A stretch of DNA of 64,000 bases from an uncultured Candidatus Saccharibacteria bacterium (GCA_964350645.1 CAYGJY010000002.1:246431-310430), one strand, 5' to 3'. Numbered from the stretch's first letter, positions 51,399 to 60,964 are shown. Notes: generated by a model not told the origin, from the letters alone. Numbers and translations are program-made.

Positions 51399-52829
51399 AT
51401 GACTATTACTGATTTACGGAAAAAGTTTTTGGATGGGTCGTATACACCGACCGACGCAGTTAATGCTACATTGGGAATTATTAAAGAGAAGGATACTGAT
51501 GTCCATGCGTATTTAGAGGTGTATGAAGATGCGGTCGAGGGAGCAAAGTTGGCCACGACAAAGTTTTCCGAGTCAGGAGCAGCTGATTTACCGCTTTTAG
51601 GGGTGCCGTTGGCTATTAAAAATAATATTTTAATTAAGGGCAAGAAAGCGACGGGGGGATCAAAAATTCTGGAAAATTATACTGCTACCTATGATGCTAC
51701 TGTCATCACTAAACTCAAAGCGGCGGGAGCAATTTTTGTCGGGGCCACCAACCTAGATGAGTTTGCTATGGGTGGCTCAACTGAAAATTCAGCTTATGGC
51801 CCAACCAAAAACCCACGTGACCTCACTCGAGTGCCAGGGGGTTCTTCTGGAGGATCAGCAGCAGCGGTGGCAATGGATTCAGTGCCAGCAGCGATTGGGA
51901 CTGATACTGGTGGTTCTATCCGCCAACCAGCCAGTTTTTGTGGTTTGGTTGGCTTCAAGCCAACTTATGGAGCGGTTTCTCGCTATGGATTGATGGCCAT
52001 GGGTTCAAGCTTTGACCAGGCAGGGCCACTTACAAATTCAGTTACTGACGCAGAACTCTTGCATGGAATTATGGCGGGTCGTGATCAAAATGATATGACC
52101 ACTATTAGTCCAGACACTTATCCAGAAGTTGTCACCAAAGATACATACACTATCGGTGTGCCACGAGATTTCCTGGCATCTGGAGTTGATGCGGCAGTGA
52201 TGAAAGAATTTGAAAAGCACCTTGAGACTATGCAGGCGGCTGGTCATGAAGTTGTTGATATCGACCTGCCACTGTTCAAAACCGGTCTAGCAGCATACTA
52301 CATTTCTATGCCTGCTGAAGTGTCATCAAACTTAGCTCGTTATGATGGTATGCGCTATGGCACCAGAATAGCGGGGGATGACCTGTTAGCAGAATATCTA
52401 CATTCACGAGGCGAAGGATTTGGCCCCGAAGTAAAGCGTCGAATCTTGATTGGTACCTACGTGTTATCTTCTGGATATTATGACGCCTATTATGGAAAGG
52501 CCGAGGCGCTTCGTCGCATGATGCGGGCAGAACTGCAGGATACTTTTGCTAAAGTCGATCTTATTACAATGCCAACAGCACCAACCCCAGCCTTCAAACT
52601 TGGGGAAATCTCAGATCCACTGGCAGCGTATGCGCAAGATATTTTTACCGTACCAGTCAATCTGACTGGAGTGCCAGCCATCTCCTTACCAGTTGGTTCG
52701 GTGTCAGCTATAACCGACAGTCAACAACCGGGAGCGGCAAAGCTACCAGTTGGGGTACAATATATAGCACCACACGCAGGTGACGCTCGACTCTTTGACC
52801 TCGGTAAAAAAGTCATGGGCGAAGCCTAG
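51399..52829 (+). CDS. gatA: Glu/Asp-tRNA amidotransferase subunit A (amidase signature).
   Basis: Amidase signature 'GGSSGGSAAAVA' and Ser-cisSer-Lys triad context. Confidence 0.9.
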   Translation: MTITDLRKKFLDGSYTPTDAVNATLGIIKEKDTDVHAYLEVYEDAVEGAKLATTKFSESGAADLPLLGVPLAIKNNILIKGKKATGGSKILENYTATYDATVITKLKAAGAIFVGATNLDEFAMGGSTENSAYGPTKNPRDLTRVPGGSSGGSAAAVAMDSVPAAIGTDTGGSIRQPASFCGLVGFKPTYGAVSRYGLMAMGSSFDQAGPLTNSVTDAELLHGIMAGRDQNDMTTISPDTYPEVVTKDTYTIGVPRDFLASGVDAAVMKEFEKHLETMQAAGHEVVDIDLPLFKTGLAAYYISMPAEVSSNLARYDGMRYGTRIAGDDLLAEYLHSRGEGFGPEVKRRILIGTYVLSSGYYDAYYGKAEALRRMMRAELQDTFAKVDLITMPTAPTPAFKLGEISDPLAAYAQDIFTVPVNLTGVPAISLPVGSVSAITDSQQPGAAKLPVGVQYIAPHAGDARLFDLGKKVMGEA

Positions 52830-52838
52830 TGGCTTTCT

Positions 52839-53441
52839 ATGCCTGACAGCAATGACATTACGTATCAAGCCTATCAAATTGATTTTGTCTTCTTAGGACG
52901 ACGCCTGTTTGATATTTTTGGTTTAGATGCACTGTCTTTTGATGCGGTACTTTCTTTTCTCAATACTGCTTGGGATATTTTTACAGTTATCTCGCTGGGC
53001 ATATCAACGCTGCTCGTGATCGGGATTATTTATGCGTATATCAGGTATAACCAAATGGGAGATTTGGAAACTGTCCAGGTTCAAACTCAAGAACGTTTGT
53101 GGGATGAATTGTATGGCAAAGACGCCACAAACAATCGCTGGGAAGATATTCAGAGTCATATTAGTACGGATAGCCCAAATGACTGGAAGTTAGCAATTAT
53201 TGAAGCCGATGTCATGCTTGAAGAAATGCTTGAGTCTGCCGGATACGCGGGTAATAGTATTGGTGATAAATTAAAAGGCGCTTCACCAAGCAACTTCCAG
53301 ACGCTTGATGCTGCCTGGAAAGCCCATCGCATTCGAAACCAGATTGCACACGGGGGTGCAGATTTTGTGTTAACTAAGAAAGTGGCTCAAGAAACCATTA
53401 CTCAATACCGGCAGGTGTTTCAGGAGTTCGGGGTGGTTTAG
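52839..53441 (+). CDS. TM-anchored protein with C-terminal HEPN-like motif 'HRIRNQIAHGG' (DUF4145/Apea-like candidate).
   Basis: TM helix 'IFTVISLGISTLLVIGIIYAYI'; C-terminal helical domain with R-N-x-x-A-H-G matching the HEPN Rx4-6H consensus. Confidence 0.4.
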   Translation: MPDSNDITYQAYQIDFVFLGRRLFDIFGLDALSFDAVLSFLNTAWDIFTVISLGISTLLVIGIIYAYIRYNQMGDLETVQVQTQERLWDELYGKDATNNRWEDIQSHISTDSPNDWKLAIIEADVMLEEMLESAGYAGNSIGDKLKGASPSNFQTLDAAWKAHRIRNQIAHGGADFVLTKKVAQETITQYRQVFQEFGVV

Positions 53442-53447
53442 TTATAT

Positions 53448-54104
53448 ATGGAAAATTTTCATAAAATTATACTTGAGTTCATCAGTAATAACGCTGGTCA
53501 GAGAATGATTATTGCAGTCGATGGTATTGATGCATCTGGTAAGTCCTGTTTTGCAAAAAAACTATATGAAACCATCGAAGCTCAGCATAAGCACACTATA
53601 CTAAGCTCAATTGATCATTTTCATAATCCTAGAATAGAGCGGTATAAAAAAGGTGTAGATTCACCGATTGGTTTCTATCAAGACTCCTTCAATCTACAGA
53701 TGTTGAAAGAAAAATTACTAAATCCATTTAAAACGGGCGAAACAATGGTCACATTAAAAGCGTTTGATTGTGATCTTGATGCACCTACCCAGACTGACCC
53801 TGTCACAGTTTTTGATGATTCTATTTTAATTTTTGAAGGAGTATTTGTTCAACGGGCTGAGCTTCGTAATTACTGGGATCTGACAATTTTTTTAGATATT
53901 ACGTTTGAAACTGCGCTAAAACGTAATATTGATCGTCAAGTTGATAAGGATAGAATTGGTTCAAAAGAGGAAATAATTAGTAGATACCAAACAAGATATC
54001 AGCCTGGTCAGCAATTATATTTCGATGAAGCAAAACCTAAAGAAAATTCAGATATCTTGATTGATAATAATGATTTTAATCAACCAATCTTGATAAGAGG
54101 TTAG
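53448..54104 (+). CDS. Uridine kinase-like P-loop nucleoside kinase; AT-rich gene.
   Basis: Walker A 'IAVDGIDASGKS', 'ILIFEGVF', 'DLTIFLDITFETALKRNIDR' collinear with Udk motifs. Confidence 0.6.
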   Translation: MENFHKIILEFISNNAGQRMIIAVDGIDASGKSCFAKKLYETIEAQHKHTILSSIDHFHNPRIERYKKGVDSPIGFYQDSFNLQMLKEKLLNPFKTGETMVTLKAFDCDLDAPTQTDPVTVFDDSILIFEGVFVQRAELRNYWDLTIFLDITFETALKRNIDRQVDKDRIGSKEEIISRYQTRYQPGQQLYFDEAKPKENSDILIDNNDFNQPILIRG

Positions 54105-54115
54105 ATTGTCAGTGG

Positions 54116-55102
54116 TTACGCTTCGTTACCAACTTTGCGAGCTCGGACAGGATTATCGAGATCAGTGCCAAGCTCTAATCCAACTGCAATCAATATCTGC
54201 CAAGTCGCGAGCAGTTGTAGGTAGGGATTAAAGTTTTCTAACTGAGGAATTTTAATAGTGGGGAAGCTGGTGTCTCGGTGACTGATAGCAATCACGCTTA
54301 GTCCAACACCATCCACAAGTACTTCTCTAATTTTTTCTTCCTCAGATTCGAACGGATCAATGACAATAACAACTTCATTTTTATCCATGACTTCTTCAAT
54401 CCCGTGTACACAGTATGTCCCTTCAAGATAGTCAGATTTTTTTCTAATTATTTCATTAGTTTTTAGAGCAGCTTCTTCGGCAACTCCGTTGTTTCTGCCA
54501 GAGAAATAGACCATATCTGCTTTCGCAATAGCTGTTACAACATCACTATCGATTGGTGTATTCAGCACCGTAGTTGCGGCGTCTGCTAAGTGCGTTAATT
54601 CAGATGCATCAATTGGATTTTCATTATATTCCCTAAATAATGAGTGATAAAACAAAGCTTGCTCAAAGACACTTTTAGTGGCGGCAGTCGCATGTTCAGA
54701 ACCACAGCTTAGGATAAATTCACCGTCGCTCAGTTCGCCAAGCTGCGTGCCTTGATGGGCAGTGAGGGCAAACTGCTGATTTGCTTTATTCATTTTGAAT
54801 AGTTCGATCACTTCTTTAGTTTTTCCAGAATTTGAAGCACCAAAGAGTGTATATGAAGATAAATCATACTCAGCTGCTTGCCGTGCTCCTTCGGTTACAA
54901 CTGCTATGTCTGGATCACTAATTTGAGCCAGATAGCGTAAGTGTTTTGCAGGGAAAATTCGCGAAGATCCCTCGCCACTTAAGAATAGCTTCTTAGTCTT
55001 TTTTAGTGACGTGAGTGGGGTGGTAAGGTCTGAGGTTGAAAATTTTTGTATAATAGTTGGAACCTCATTTGCTTCGCTGATTAAATTATAAGAGTAATTC
55101 AT
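54116..55102 (-). CDS. SIS-domain phosphosugar isomerase/aminotransferase-like protein.
   Basis: 'LFLSGEGSSR' and 'VYFSGRNNG' SIS phosphate-binding loops. Confidence 0.6.
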   Translation of the reverse strand: MNYSYNLISEANEVPTIIQKFSTSDLTTPLTSLKKTKKLFLSGEGSSRIFPAKHLRYLAQISDPDIAVVTEGARQAAEYDLSSYTLFGASNSGKTKEVIELFKMNKANQQFALTAHQGTQLGELSDGEFILSCGSEHATAATKSVFEQALFYHSLFREYNENPIDASELTHLADAATTVLNTPIDSDVVTAIAKADMVYFSGRNNGVAEEAALKTNEIIRKKSDYLEGTYCVHGIEEVMDKNEVVIVIDPFESEEEKIREVLVDGVGLSVIAISHRDTSFPTIKIPQLENFNPYLQLLATWQILIAVGLELGTDLDNPVRARKVGNEA

Positions 55103-55159
55103 TCATTTAAAATAGCAAACAAAATCCGCACAGACAAGCAGTGCGGATTTTGTAATTTG

Positions 55160-55230
55160 TTGCGGGGCCCGGACTCGAACCGGGGTCTGGAGGTTATGAG
55201 CCTCCCGAGGTACCACTCCTCTACCCCGCT
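55160..55230 (-). tRNA. tRNA-Met (CAU), initiator-like (tRNA-fMet candidate).
   Basis: Minus strand AGCGGGG...CCCCGCA-A with 1:72 mismatch, A11:U24, anticodon loop CUCAUAA, T-arm CCCGGTTCGAGTCCGGG; terminator hairpin downstream (55128-55155). Confidence 0.7.
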
Positions 55231-55337
55231 AGGGGACCGTAAAGGTACGTGAGACTATACAATATTTATATCTGTAGTGCAAATACCGCGGCGCTCTTTT
55301 TTGTAAAAAAAGAGCGCCGCGGTATACTTGCTGGTAT

Positions 55338-56018
55338 ATGCAATGCGTTATTTTAGCGGCCGGAAAGGGTTCGCGACTGAGACCTCTTACAGATGAAAAA
55401 CCAAAACCATTGGTTGAAGTATGTGGTAAACCATTACTCGATCATATAGTTGAAGCCTTTCCTTCAGCGATTAAAGAATTGATTATTGTGGTCGGCTATA
55501 AGGGAGAAATGATTCGCGACTATTGTGGTGAAACATTCCACGGCCGTCCAGTTACATACATTGAGCAAACAGAGATCAATGGGCCAGCTAAAGCACTTTG
55601 GCTCTGCAAGGGTCTCATTAAGGGTCGGTTCTTGTTCATGTTTGCTGATGATATCCATGGAGCAGATGATATGGCGAGAGCAGTGTCATATACGCGATCA
55701 ATCTTGGCAACTACTAGTCAGAACCCAGAAAGATTTGGCGTAATAGTTCGTAACCCTGACGGAACAATCGCTGAGATGGTAGAGAAACCAGCCGCGCCTT
55801 CTTCAAACCTAGTGGCGACTGGTCCGATGGTGCTTGATACACATATATTTGAATTTCCCCCAGAAGCACCAATCAACGATGAATACTTCATGCCTGAAAT
55901 TATTATGCGTTATAAAGAGCAGTATCCGATTGCTGTCGTAGAAGAACAATTGTGGTTGGCCGTTGGTTATCCAGAGGATATTGATCGAGCAGAGCAAAAG
56001 CTTTGCCCAGGAGCATAA
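55338..56018 (+). CDS. Sugar-phosphate nucleotidyltransferase (NTP_transferase) family protein, paralog 1.
   Basis: 'ILAAGKGSRLRPLT...KPLVEV' G-rich nucleotide-binding loop. Confidence 0.75.
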   Translation: MQCVILAAGKGSRLRPLTDEKPKPLVEVCGKPLLDHIVEAFPSAIKELIIVVGYKGEMIRDYCGETFHGRPVTYIEQTEINGPAKALWLCKGLIKGRFLFMFADDIHGADDMARAVSYTRSILATTSQNPERFGVIVRNPDGTIAEMVEKPAAPSSNLVATGPMVLDTHIFEFPPEAPINDEYFMPEIIMRYKEQYPIAVVEEQLWLAVGYPEDIDRAEQKLCPGA

Positions 56019-56027
56019 TCTATTTGT

Positions 56028-56726
56028 ATGCAGTGTGTATTAATTTGTGCAGGAAAGGGGACGCGCATGCGACCACTGACAGAGACGACACCAAAACCAC
56101 TAATTCCTGTGTGTGGTAAACCAGTACTTCAGCATATTATTGAAGCCCTACCACCAGAAATTGACGAACTTGTCTTAGTTGTGGGATATCTTAAAGAGCA
56201 AATTAAAGCGTATTGTGGAGATGAGTATCTAGGCAAAAGAGTTAGGTACTGCGAACAGGAAGATTTTGCTGCTGGGACTGGTGATGCGCTGTGGTGTGCA
56301 AAAGACTTGCTTCATGACACATTCCTGTTTATGTACGCTGACGATATCCATGGGGCACCGGCCCTGCAATCAATCGTTCGAGAAAAGCATGCCATGCTAG
56401 CCCAACGCTCAGATACACCAGAACGTTTTGGTGTATTGGTTCAGAACGAAGATGGGACGCTAAAAGAGATTATCGAGAAACCAGAGCATCCTCAATCAGA
56501 CTTGGTTAATGTTGGCGGTTTTTTGTTTACTGAAGCGATCTTTTCTTACTACGACACAATTCAAAAAAAAGATGATTCTTACTTAGTTGAATTGGTAGAA
56601 GCTTATGCTGCTGAGCATCCTGTTAAGGTCATTGTTCAGGATTCCTGGTTGCCGATTGGATATCCGGAACATATTGCTGCAGCAGAAGCAGTCTTGTGCC
56701 CGGATATGATTGATCAGCCGGACTAA
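56028..56726 (+). CDS. Sugar-phosphate nucleotidyltransferase family protein, tandem paralog 2.
   Basis: 'LICAGKGTRMRPLT...KPLIPV'; ~45% identical to paralog 1. Confidence 0.75.
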   Translation: MQCVLICAGKGTRMRPLTETTPKPLIPVCGKPVLQHIIEALPPEIDELVLVVGYLKEQIKAYCGDEYLGKRVRYCEQEDFAAGTGDALWCAKDLLHDTFLFMYADDIHGAPALQSIVREKHAMLAQRSDTPERFGVLVQNEDGTLKEIIEKPEHPQSDLVNVGGFLFTEAIFSYYDTIQKKDDSYLVELVEAYAAEHPVKVIVQDSWLPIGYPEHIAAAEAVLCPDMIDQPD

Positions 56727-56752
56727 ATATAGTAGTCTAGGGCACTGCAAAT

Positions 56753-56826
56753 GTCGGCGTAGCTCAGTTGGTTAGAGCGTGGGACTCATAAACCCAAGGT
56801 CGGAGGTTCGACCCCTCCCGTCGACA
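56753..56826 (+). tRNA. Elongator tRNA-Met (CAU).
   Basis: GTCGGCG-TA-GCTCAGTTGGTTAGAGC..CTCATAA..GGAGGTTCGACCCCTCC-CGTCGAC-A; D-arm identical to E. coli elongator tRNA-Met. Confidence 0.75.
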
Positions 56827-56830
56827 CAAA

Positions 56831-56870
56831 CAGCAATGACCCAGAAACAATTGTTTCTGGGTCATTGCTG
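56831..56870. terminator. Perfect 18-bp-stem hairpin between convergent tRNA genes.
   Basis: 'cagcaatgacccagaaac-aatt-gtttctgggtcattgctg' followed by ttt; a second nested palindrome at 56926-56968. Confidence 0.6.
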
Positions 56871-56964
56871 TTTGTAGGCGATGGAAAGGTTCAGAAAGCA
56901 AACTGTAGTAACAGCTTGCTTTGGCCGCGCAAACAAAAAACCCCTAAAGGGGCTCTTTTGTTTG

Positions 56965-57038
56965 CGCGGCCAAAGGGACTCGAACCCTCAACCTCCCGCG
57001 TGACAGGCGGGTGCTCTAACCAATTGAGCTATGGCCGC
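56965..57038 (-). tRNA. tRNA-Asp (GUC).
   Basis: Minus strand GCGGCCA-TA-GCTCAATTGGTTAGAGC-A-CCCGC-CTGTCAC-GCGGG-AGGTT-GAGGGTTCGAGTCCCTT-TGGCCGC-G. Confidence 0.8.
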
Positions 57039-57145
57039 AGACAACCTATATCCTCATAGGAATAAGTGAGCCAGAGTATATAGTTTTTAGACATATTTTG
57101 CAATATGATTTGCTATAATCCAGATATATCGATAACTGTATACAC

Positions 57146-57739
57146 ATGTCTGATTCAATTGAAACTTTTCCCGTTCCAGTATTTGTAGCAAAAGGTGATC
57201 TTTTAGAAAGTGAGCGAGCGTTTGAAGATCTCACAACAGCAGAGAAGATGCAACGACTTGGGGATGAGTTAGCTCGGAACTACGGTATTGTAGTGAATCC
57301 AGAACGCTATAAAGATAGTTCGGAATCAGTTAGTCCAGATGAGGAGCGTCGAGAACTCATTCGAGCGGCTTTGCATGTGGTTTTAACTGAAGTTGCACCA
57401 AAAGATAGTCATCGCACAATTGCCGGGGTTACGATTACGTTTCCTCAAGAAGGAGCGATAGTTCCTCGAGCTGATATATATCAACCAGACGTCTCCACCG
57501 AGACACAAGCCTATGCTAATTCACATCATGCGATTGTGGCGGAAGTCACTGAGCGAGTTCTGACGCCAGCGGGAAAGACTTTGGAAGAGGTAAAGCAATA
57601 TATTCTTGTGCCTGAGATTGTGGTTGACGGTCTCGATGGATCAATTATTTTTGCTGATGAAAATGATGCTGTCGATGCCAATGGCGAGGCAATCAAACAT
57701 CACACCACGTTCACAGTTTTAGAAAAAACTAATTACTAA
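57146..57739 (+). CDS. Hypothetical protein (197 aa).
   Basis: Intact ORF, acidic; no recognisable motif. Confidence 0.4.
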   Translation: MSDSIETFPVPVFVAKGDLLESERAFEDLTTAEKMQRLGDELARNYGIVVNPERYKDSSESVSPDEERRELIRAALHVVLTEVAPKDSHRTIAGVTITFPQEGAIVPRADIYQPDVSTETQAYANSHHAIVAEVTERVLTPAGKTLEEVKQYILVPEIVVDGLDGSIIFADENDAVDANGEAIKHHTTFTVLEKTNY

Positions 57740-57745
57740 CAAAGT

Positions 57746-58336
57746 ATGAAATATCTATATTTGTTCACTGGAACCTACTTGACTCTTGCCGGAGTATATT
57801 TTCTTCGCGATTTTAACTTCGAATTTGTAATTTACGTGGCTGTTATTATCGTGATATTTACGGGGGTGTTGATGACTGTACCTGCAACCCGCTTCCCATT
57901 GTGGATGTTGTGGCTACTGTCGATCTGGGGTTTGATGCATGTGCTCGGGGGTTTAGTGCAGACGCCTGATGGCGTATTGTTTGCGTATCGCATCTATCCG
58001 TTTCTAGATCTGGGTGGAGATTTTTATATCTTAAAATATGACCAAGTTGTACATGGCTATTTGTACGGGCTGGTAGCAGTGATGACCTACCACTTTCTCA
58101 GGCAGATTTTGTCAGTGCGGGAGTATACCGTCGGCGTAATATTACTTGCAGTACTTACGTCGGTCGGTATTTCGGGGCTGAATGAAATCATGGAGTTTTT
58201 GATTGCAGTGACCCTGGAACGTAACGGGGTTGGCGGATACGAGAATGCTATGCTTGATTTGATCTTTAATCTCAGTGGTGCAGTGATTGCTGCTCTTGGT
58301 TATTATTGGTATGAGAGAAAGCGATACTTATCCTAG
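57746..58336 (+). CDS. Polytopic membrane protein (DUF2238-like candidate).
   Basis: 196 aa, 5-6 TM segments. Confidence 0.45.
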   Translation: MKYLYLFTGTYLTLAGVYFLRDFNFEFVIYVAVIIVIFTGVLMTVPATRFPLWMLWLLSIWGLMHVLGGLVQTPDGVLFAYRIYPFLDLGGDFYILKYDQVVHGYLYGLVAVMTYHFLRQILSVREYTVGVILLAVLTSVGISGLNEIMEFLIAVTLERNGVGGYENAMLDLIFNLSGAVIAALGYYWYERKRYLS

Positions 58337-58371
58337 TTGTACGTGTAGATATAGTAGAAAGTTGTTTATAC

Positions 58372-58587
58372 TTGGGACATATGTTTAAAGAAAGTAACAA
58401 CCGTTGGTATTTAACCACCACCGCTATAATCTTTACGGTTATGGCAATCGCACATTTAGCAATCATCTTGTATCCAGCTCAAGCTGCCTTGTATGGCATT
58501 GAAGTGCCACTTTGGATAAATGGTGTGTTCGTGGTCCTTTCAGGATATTTGGCCACTCGCGGCTTTATGGTAGCCCATAAGCTTTAG
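58372..58587 (+). CDS. Small 2-TM membrane protein (71 aa).
   Basis: Two hydrophobic helices; weak support. Confidence 0.3.
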   Translation: MGHMFKESNNRWYLTTTAIIFTVMAIAHLAIILYPAQAALYGIEVPLWINGVFVVLSGYLATRGFMVAHKL

Positions 58588-58638
58588 GTTTATTTTTTCT
58601 ACCAGTCTGGTATGATGCCGGGGCATTAATTGTAATGC

Positions 58639-58721
58639 TGCGGCATTTGCCATCTTAGCTCAGTTGGTAGAGCGCATCCATGGTAAGGATGAGGTCAACA
58701 GTTCGATTCTGTTAGATGGCT
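58639..58721 (+). tRNA. tRNA-Thr (GGU); coordinates include discriminator.
   Basis: GCCATCT-TA-GCTCAGTTGGTAGAGC-G-CATCC-ATGGTAA-GGATG-AGGTC-AACAGTTCGATTCTGTT-AGATGGC-T; terminator 58725-58761. Confidence 0.8.
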
Positions 58722-58791
58722 CAGCACGAAAAAGCACTCCCTGCGGGAGTGCTTTTTCGTGCTATGCTTTAGAGAAATAATTATATTTTAT

Positions 58792-59541
58792 ATGAACAAA
58801 AAACTTTTAGTACTTGTAGTTGGGGTAGTTCTTGCAGTTGTTCTTGTGCTAGCACTGAAACAATCTGGTACGAGTAGTGATTCTGCCGAACAAGCTGTAC
58901 CAACTGTTCTGGCAATTGATGTGGCCGTCAGTTTTATGGACGATTGGCTTGATGCGCGCCAAGCAACAGACACCGATCCAGTACAGGCAGGATTGCTCAC
59001 GAGCGAATATTTAACGAGGGCATTTCAAGAGAAGTTAGCTGTAACTGAATTTTCTTTTGAAGAAGGCATCCAGGACCCAGTTTTGTGTCAACTGACAACC
59101 CCGAACAATATTCGTTCTAAGGTAATTGTTGATCAGCCGGAACAGGTACAAGTGTATGTCATCGCTACCAAAAATGAATCTGCTGGACAGGCAGTAGCGA
59201 CGCTGGTGATTGAAGATGGTGAATGGAAAATCAATGCGATTAAGTGTGGTTTTGGTGAAACCGGTCCAGAGATGGGAGAATATAGTTTTGAGCAAACAGG
59301 TCAGCTATTGAAGACAGTTCCACCACCACTTGATGCTAATTTTTGGTATCTAGTGTATGAAAGTGAGGGTGTCTTTGGGTACACTGCAAAACTTTTGTTT
59401 GACGATACAAGCATGTGTATTGCCGTTGATGGAACTGAGTCAGTTTGTGATCCGACTCAGTTTGTTGAAACGTCTCGCGTTATGTTACAAGGTGATATTG
59501 GTGAAGCAGGCGTGACTGTGAAGCGGATTATGATGCAGTAG
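58792..59541 (+). CDS. Secreted hypothetical protein.
   Basis: Signal peptide 'MNKKLLVLVVGVVLAVVLVLA'; start trimmed; terminator 59557-59603. Confidence 0.5.
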   Translation: MNKKLLVLVVGVVLAVVLVLALKQSGTSSDSAEQAVPTVLAIDVAVSFMDDWLDARQATDTDPVQAGLLTSEYLTRAFQEKLAVTEFSFEEGIQDPVLCQLTTPNNIRSKVIVDQPEQVQVYVIATKNESAGQAVATLVIEDGEWKINAIKCGFGETGPEMGEYSFEQTGQLLKTVPPPLDANFWYLVYESEGVFGYTAKLLFDDTSMCIAVDGTESVCDPTQFVETSRVMLQGDIGEAGVTVKRIMMQ

Positions 59542-59615
59542 CGAGAGAGGGAGAGTAACAAAACTGCCGGGAAGACACTTTGTGTCTTCCCGGCAGTTTT
59601 GTTAGACTCAATATC

Positions 59616-60089
59616 ATGACTGAAGAATCCATTCCGCTTACAATTGTTCGTTTTAGACCAGCTGATTTTGATCTGGCGGCTCTTGCTACACGTCTGACTG
59701 AATTTAAGGGAGTTGCCTCACGCACGCCGACACCCGTTACTGTCGAACAGTTACAAGCTATTGGGACCAGTGAAACAAATGTCCTCTTATTGCAAATGGC
59801 TGGTGAAATTGTTGTCGGTATGATTCATGTGGCAGTGATCTATCTTGAGGATCGAGCTCATATTGGACCAATCTGTGTTGATACCACCAACACACCTCGG
59901 GGACACGGCACGCCGCTGATGCAGGCCGCGATTGACTATGTAACAGCAAATTTTGCAGATCTGCGACGAATAGATTTAACCAATCGCCCCAGTCATGACA
60001 TTGGTGAATGGTATAAAAAATTTGGCTTCGAGCCTCGTACTGAGGCTGCGGGTGACCCAAGTACAGTCTACCGACTCTCTTTAAAATAA
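59616..60089 (+). CDS. GNAT family N-acetyltransferase.
   Basis: 'RGHGTPLMQAAIDYV' motif A; start trimmed to 'MTEESIP'. Confidence 0.6.
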   Translation: MTEESIPLTIVRFRPADFDLAALATRLTEFKGVASRTPTPVTVEQLQAIGTSETNVLLLQMAGEIVVGMIHVAVIYLEDRAHIGPICVDTTNTPRGHGTPLMQAAIDYVTANFADLRRIDLTNRPSHDIGEWYKKFGFEPRTEAAGDPSTVYRLSLK

Positions 60090-60964
60090 TGATTATTGAA
60101 ACACAAGCACGGATTGCTGAAATCGAAGCCGCGATGCTCCGGTCAGATTTTTGGAATGATTCGGGGAAAGCGCAAGCGATGATCAAAGAGCTGCAAGAGC
60201 TTAAAGATACCGCCGACGGAAAAGGTAAGTATGATCGTAACGATGCGGTGTTTACCATCGTAGCCGGCGCTGGCGGTGATGACGCTGAAGACTTCGCTCG
60301 TATGTTGGTTGAGATGTATCAGCGGTACGCTGAAGGCCGTGGGTGGGGAGTCACCATTCTTGATAGTACTACCAACGACCACAATGGCTACCGTAACATT
60401 ACTTTTCAAATTAGTGGTAAAGAAGCGTATGGCACATTGCAAAGTGAGGCTGGCGTGCATCGCTTGGTGCGCATCTCACCCTTCAATAGCAACGGCAAAC
60501 GCCAGACCTCGTTTGTATTAGTTGAAGTTTCACCTCAGGTTGATGATCTTAAAGAAATTGATTTACAGGAAGATGAGCTCGAGATTAGCTTTGCTAAATC
60601 GGGAGGAGCTGGTGGACAAAACGTCAACAAACGAGAAACAGCAGTGCGCATCGTCCACAAATCAACTAACATTGCAGTGTCAGTCTCGACCGAACGTTCA
60701 CAGCAACAAAATAGAGAAAAGGCTCTTTCACTCTTGGCAGGCCGAGTGTTTGCTTTTCGAGAAGAACAACACAAACGTGAGTTAAAAGGACTATCAGTGG
60801 AGAAATCATTGAAGATTGAATGGGGTAGCCAGATTCGATCGTACGTCCTTCATCCGTATCAGCTCGTAAAAGACCACCGGACCAACACTGAAGTGCGGGC
60901 AGTGGACGCAGTACTGGCTGGAGATATTCAGCAGTTTTTGGACACTGCCGCCAACATAGAGTAA
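60089..60964 (+). CDS. prfB: Peptide chain release factor 2, N-terminally short (291 aa), no programmed frameshift.
   Basis: 'SPF' stop-recognition tripeptide ('RISPFNS') and 'SGGAGGQNVNK' GGQ motif; TAATG overlap with upstream gene. Confidence 0.75.
   Translation: MIIETQARIAEIEAAMLRSDFWNDSGKAQAMIKELQELKDTADGKGKYDRNDAVFTIVAGAGGDDAEDFARMLVEMYQRYAEGRGWGVTILDSTTNDHNGYRNITFQISGKEAYGTLQSEAGVHRLVRISPFNSNGKRQTSFVLVEVSPQVDDLKEIDLQEDELEISFAKSGGAGGQNVNKRETAVRIVHKSTNIAVSVSTERSQQQNREKALSLLAGRVFAFREEQHKRELKGLSVEKSLKIEWGSQIRSYVLHPYQLVKDHRTNTEVRAVDAVLAGDIQQFLDTAANIE

Noticed and set aside
56865-57059. 64-aa plus-strand ORF.
   Set aside because: Lies entirely over the tRNA-Asp gene and the palindromic spacer; spurious.
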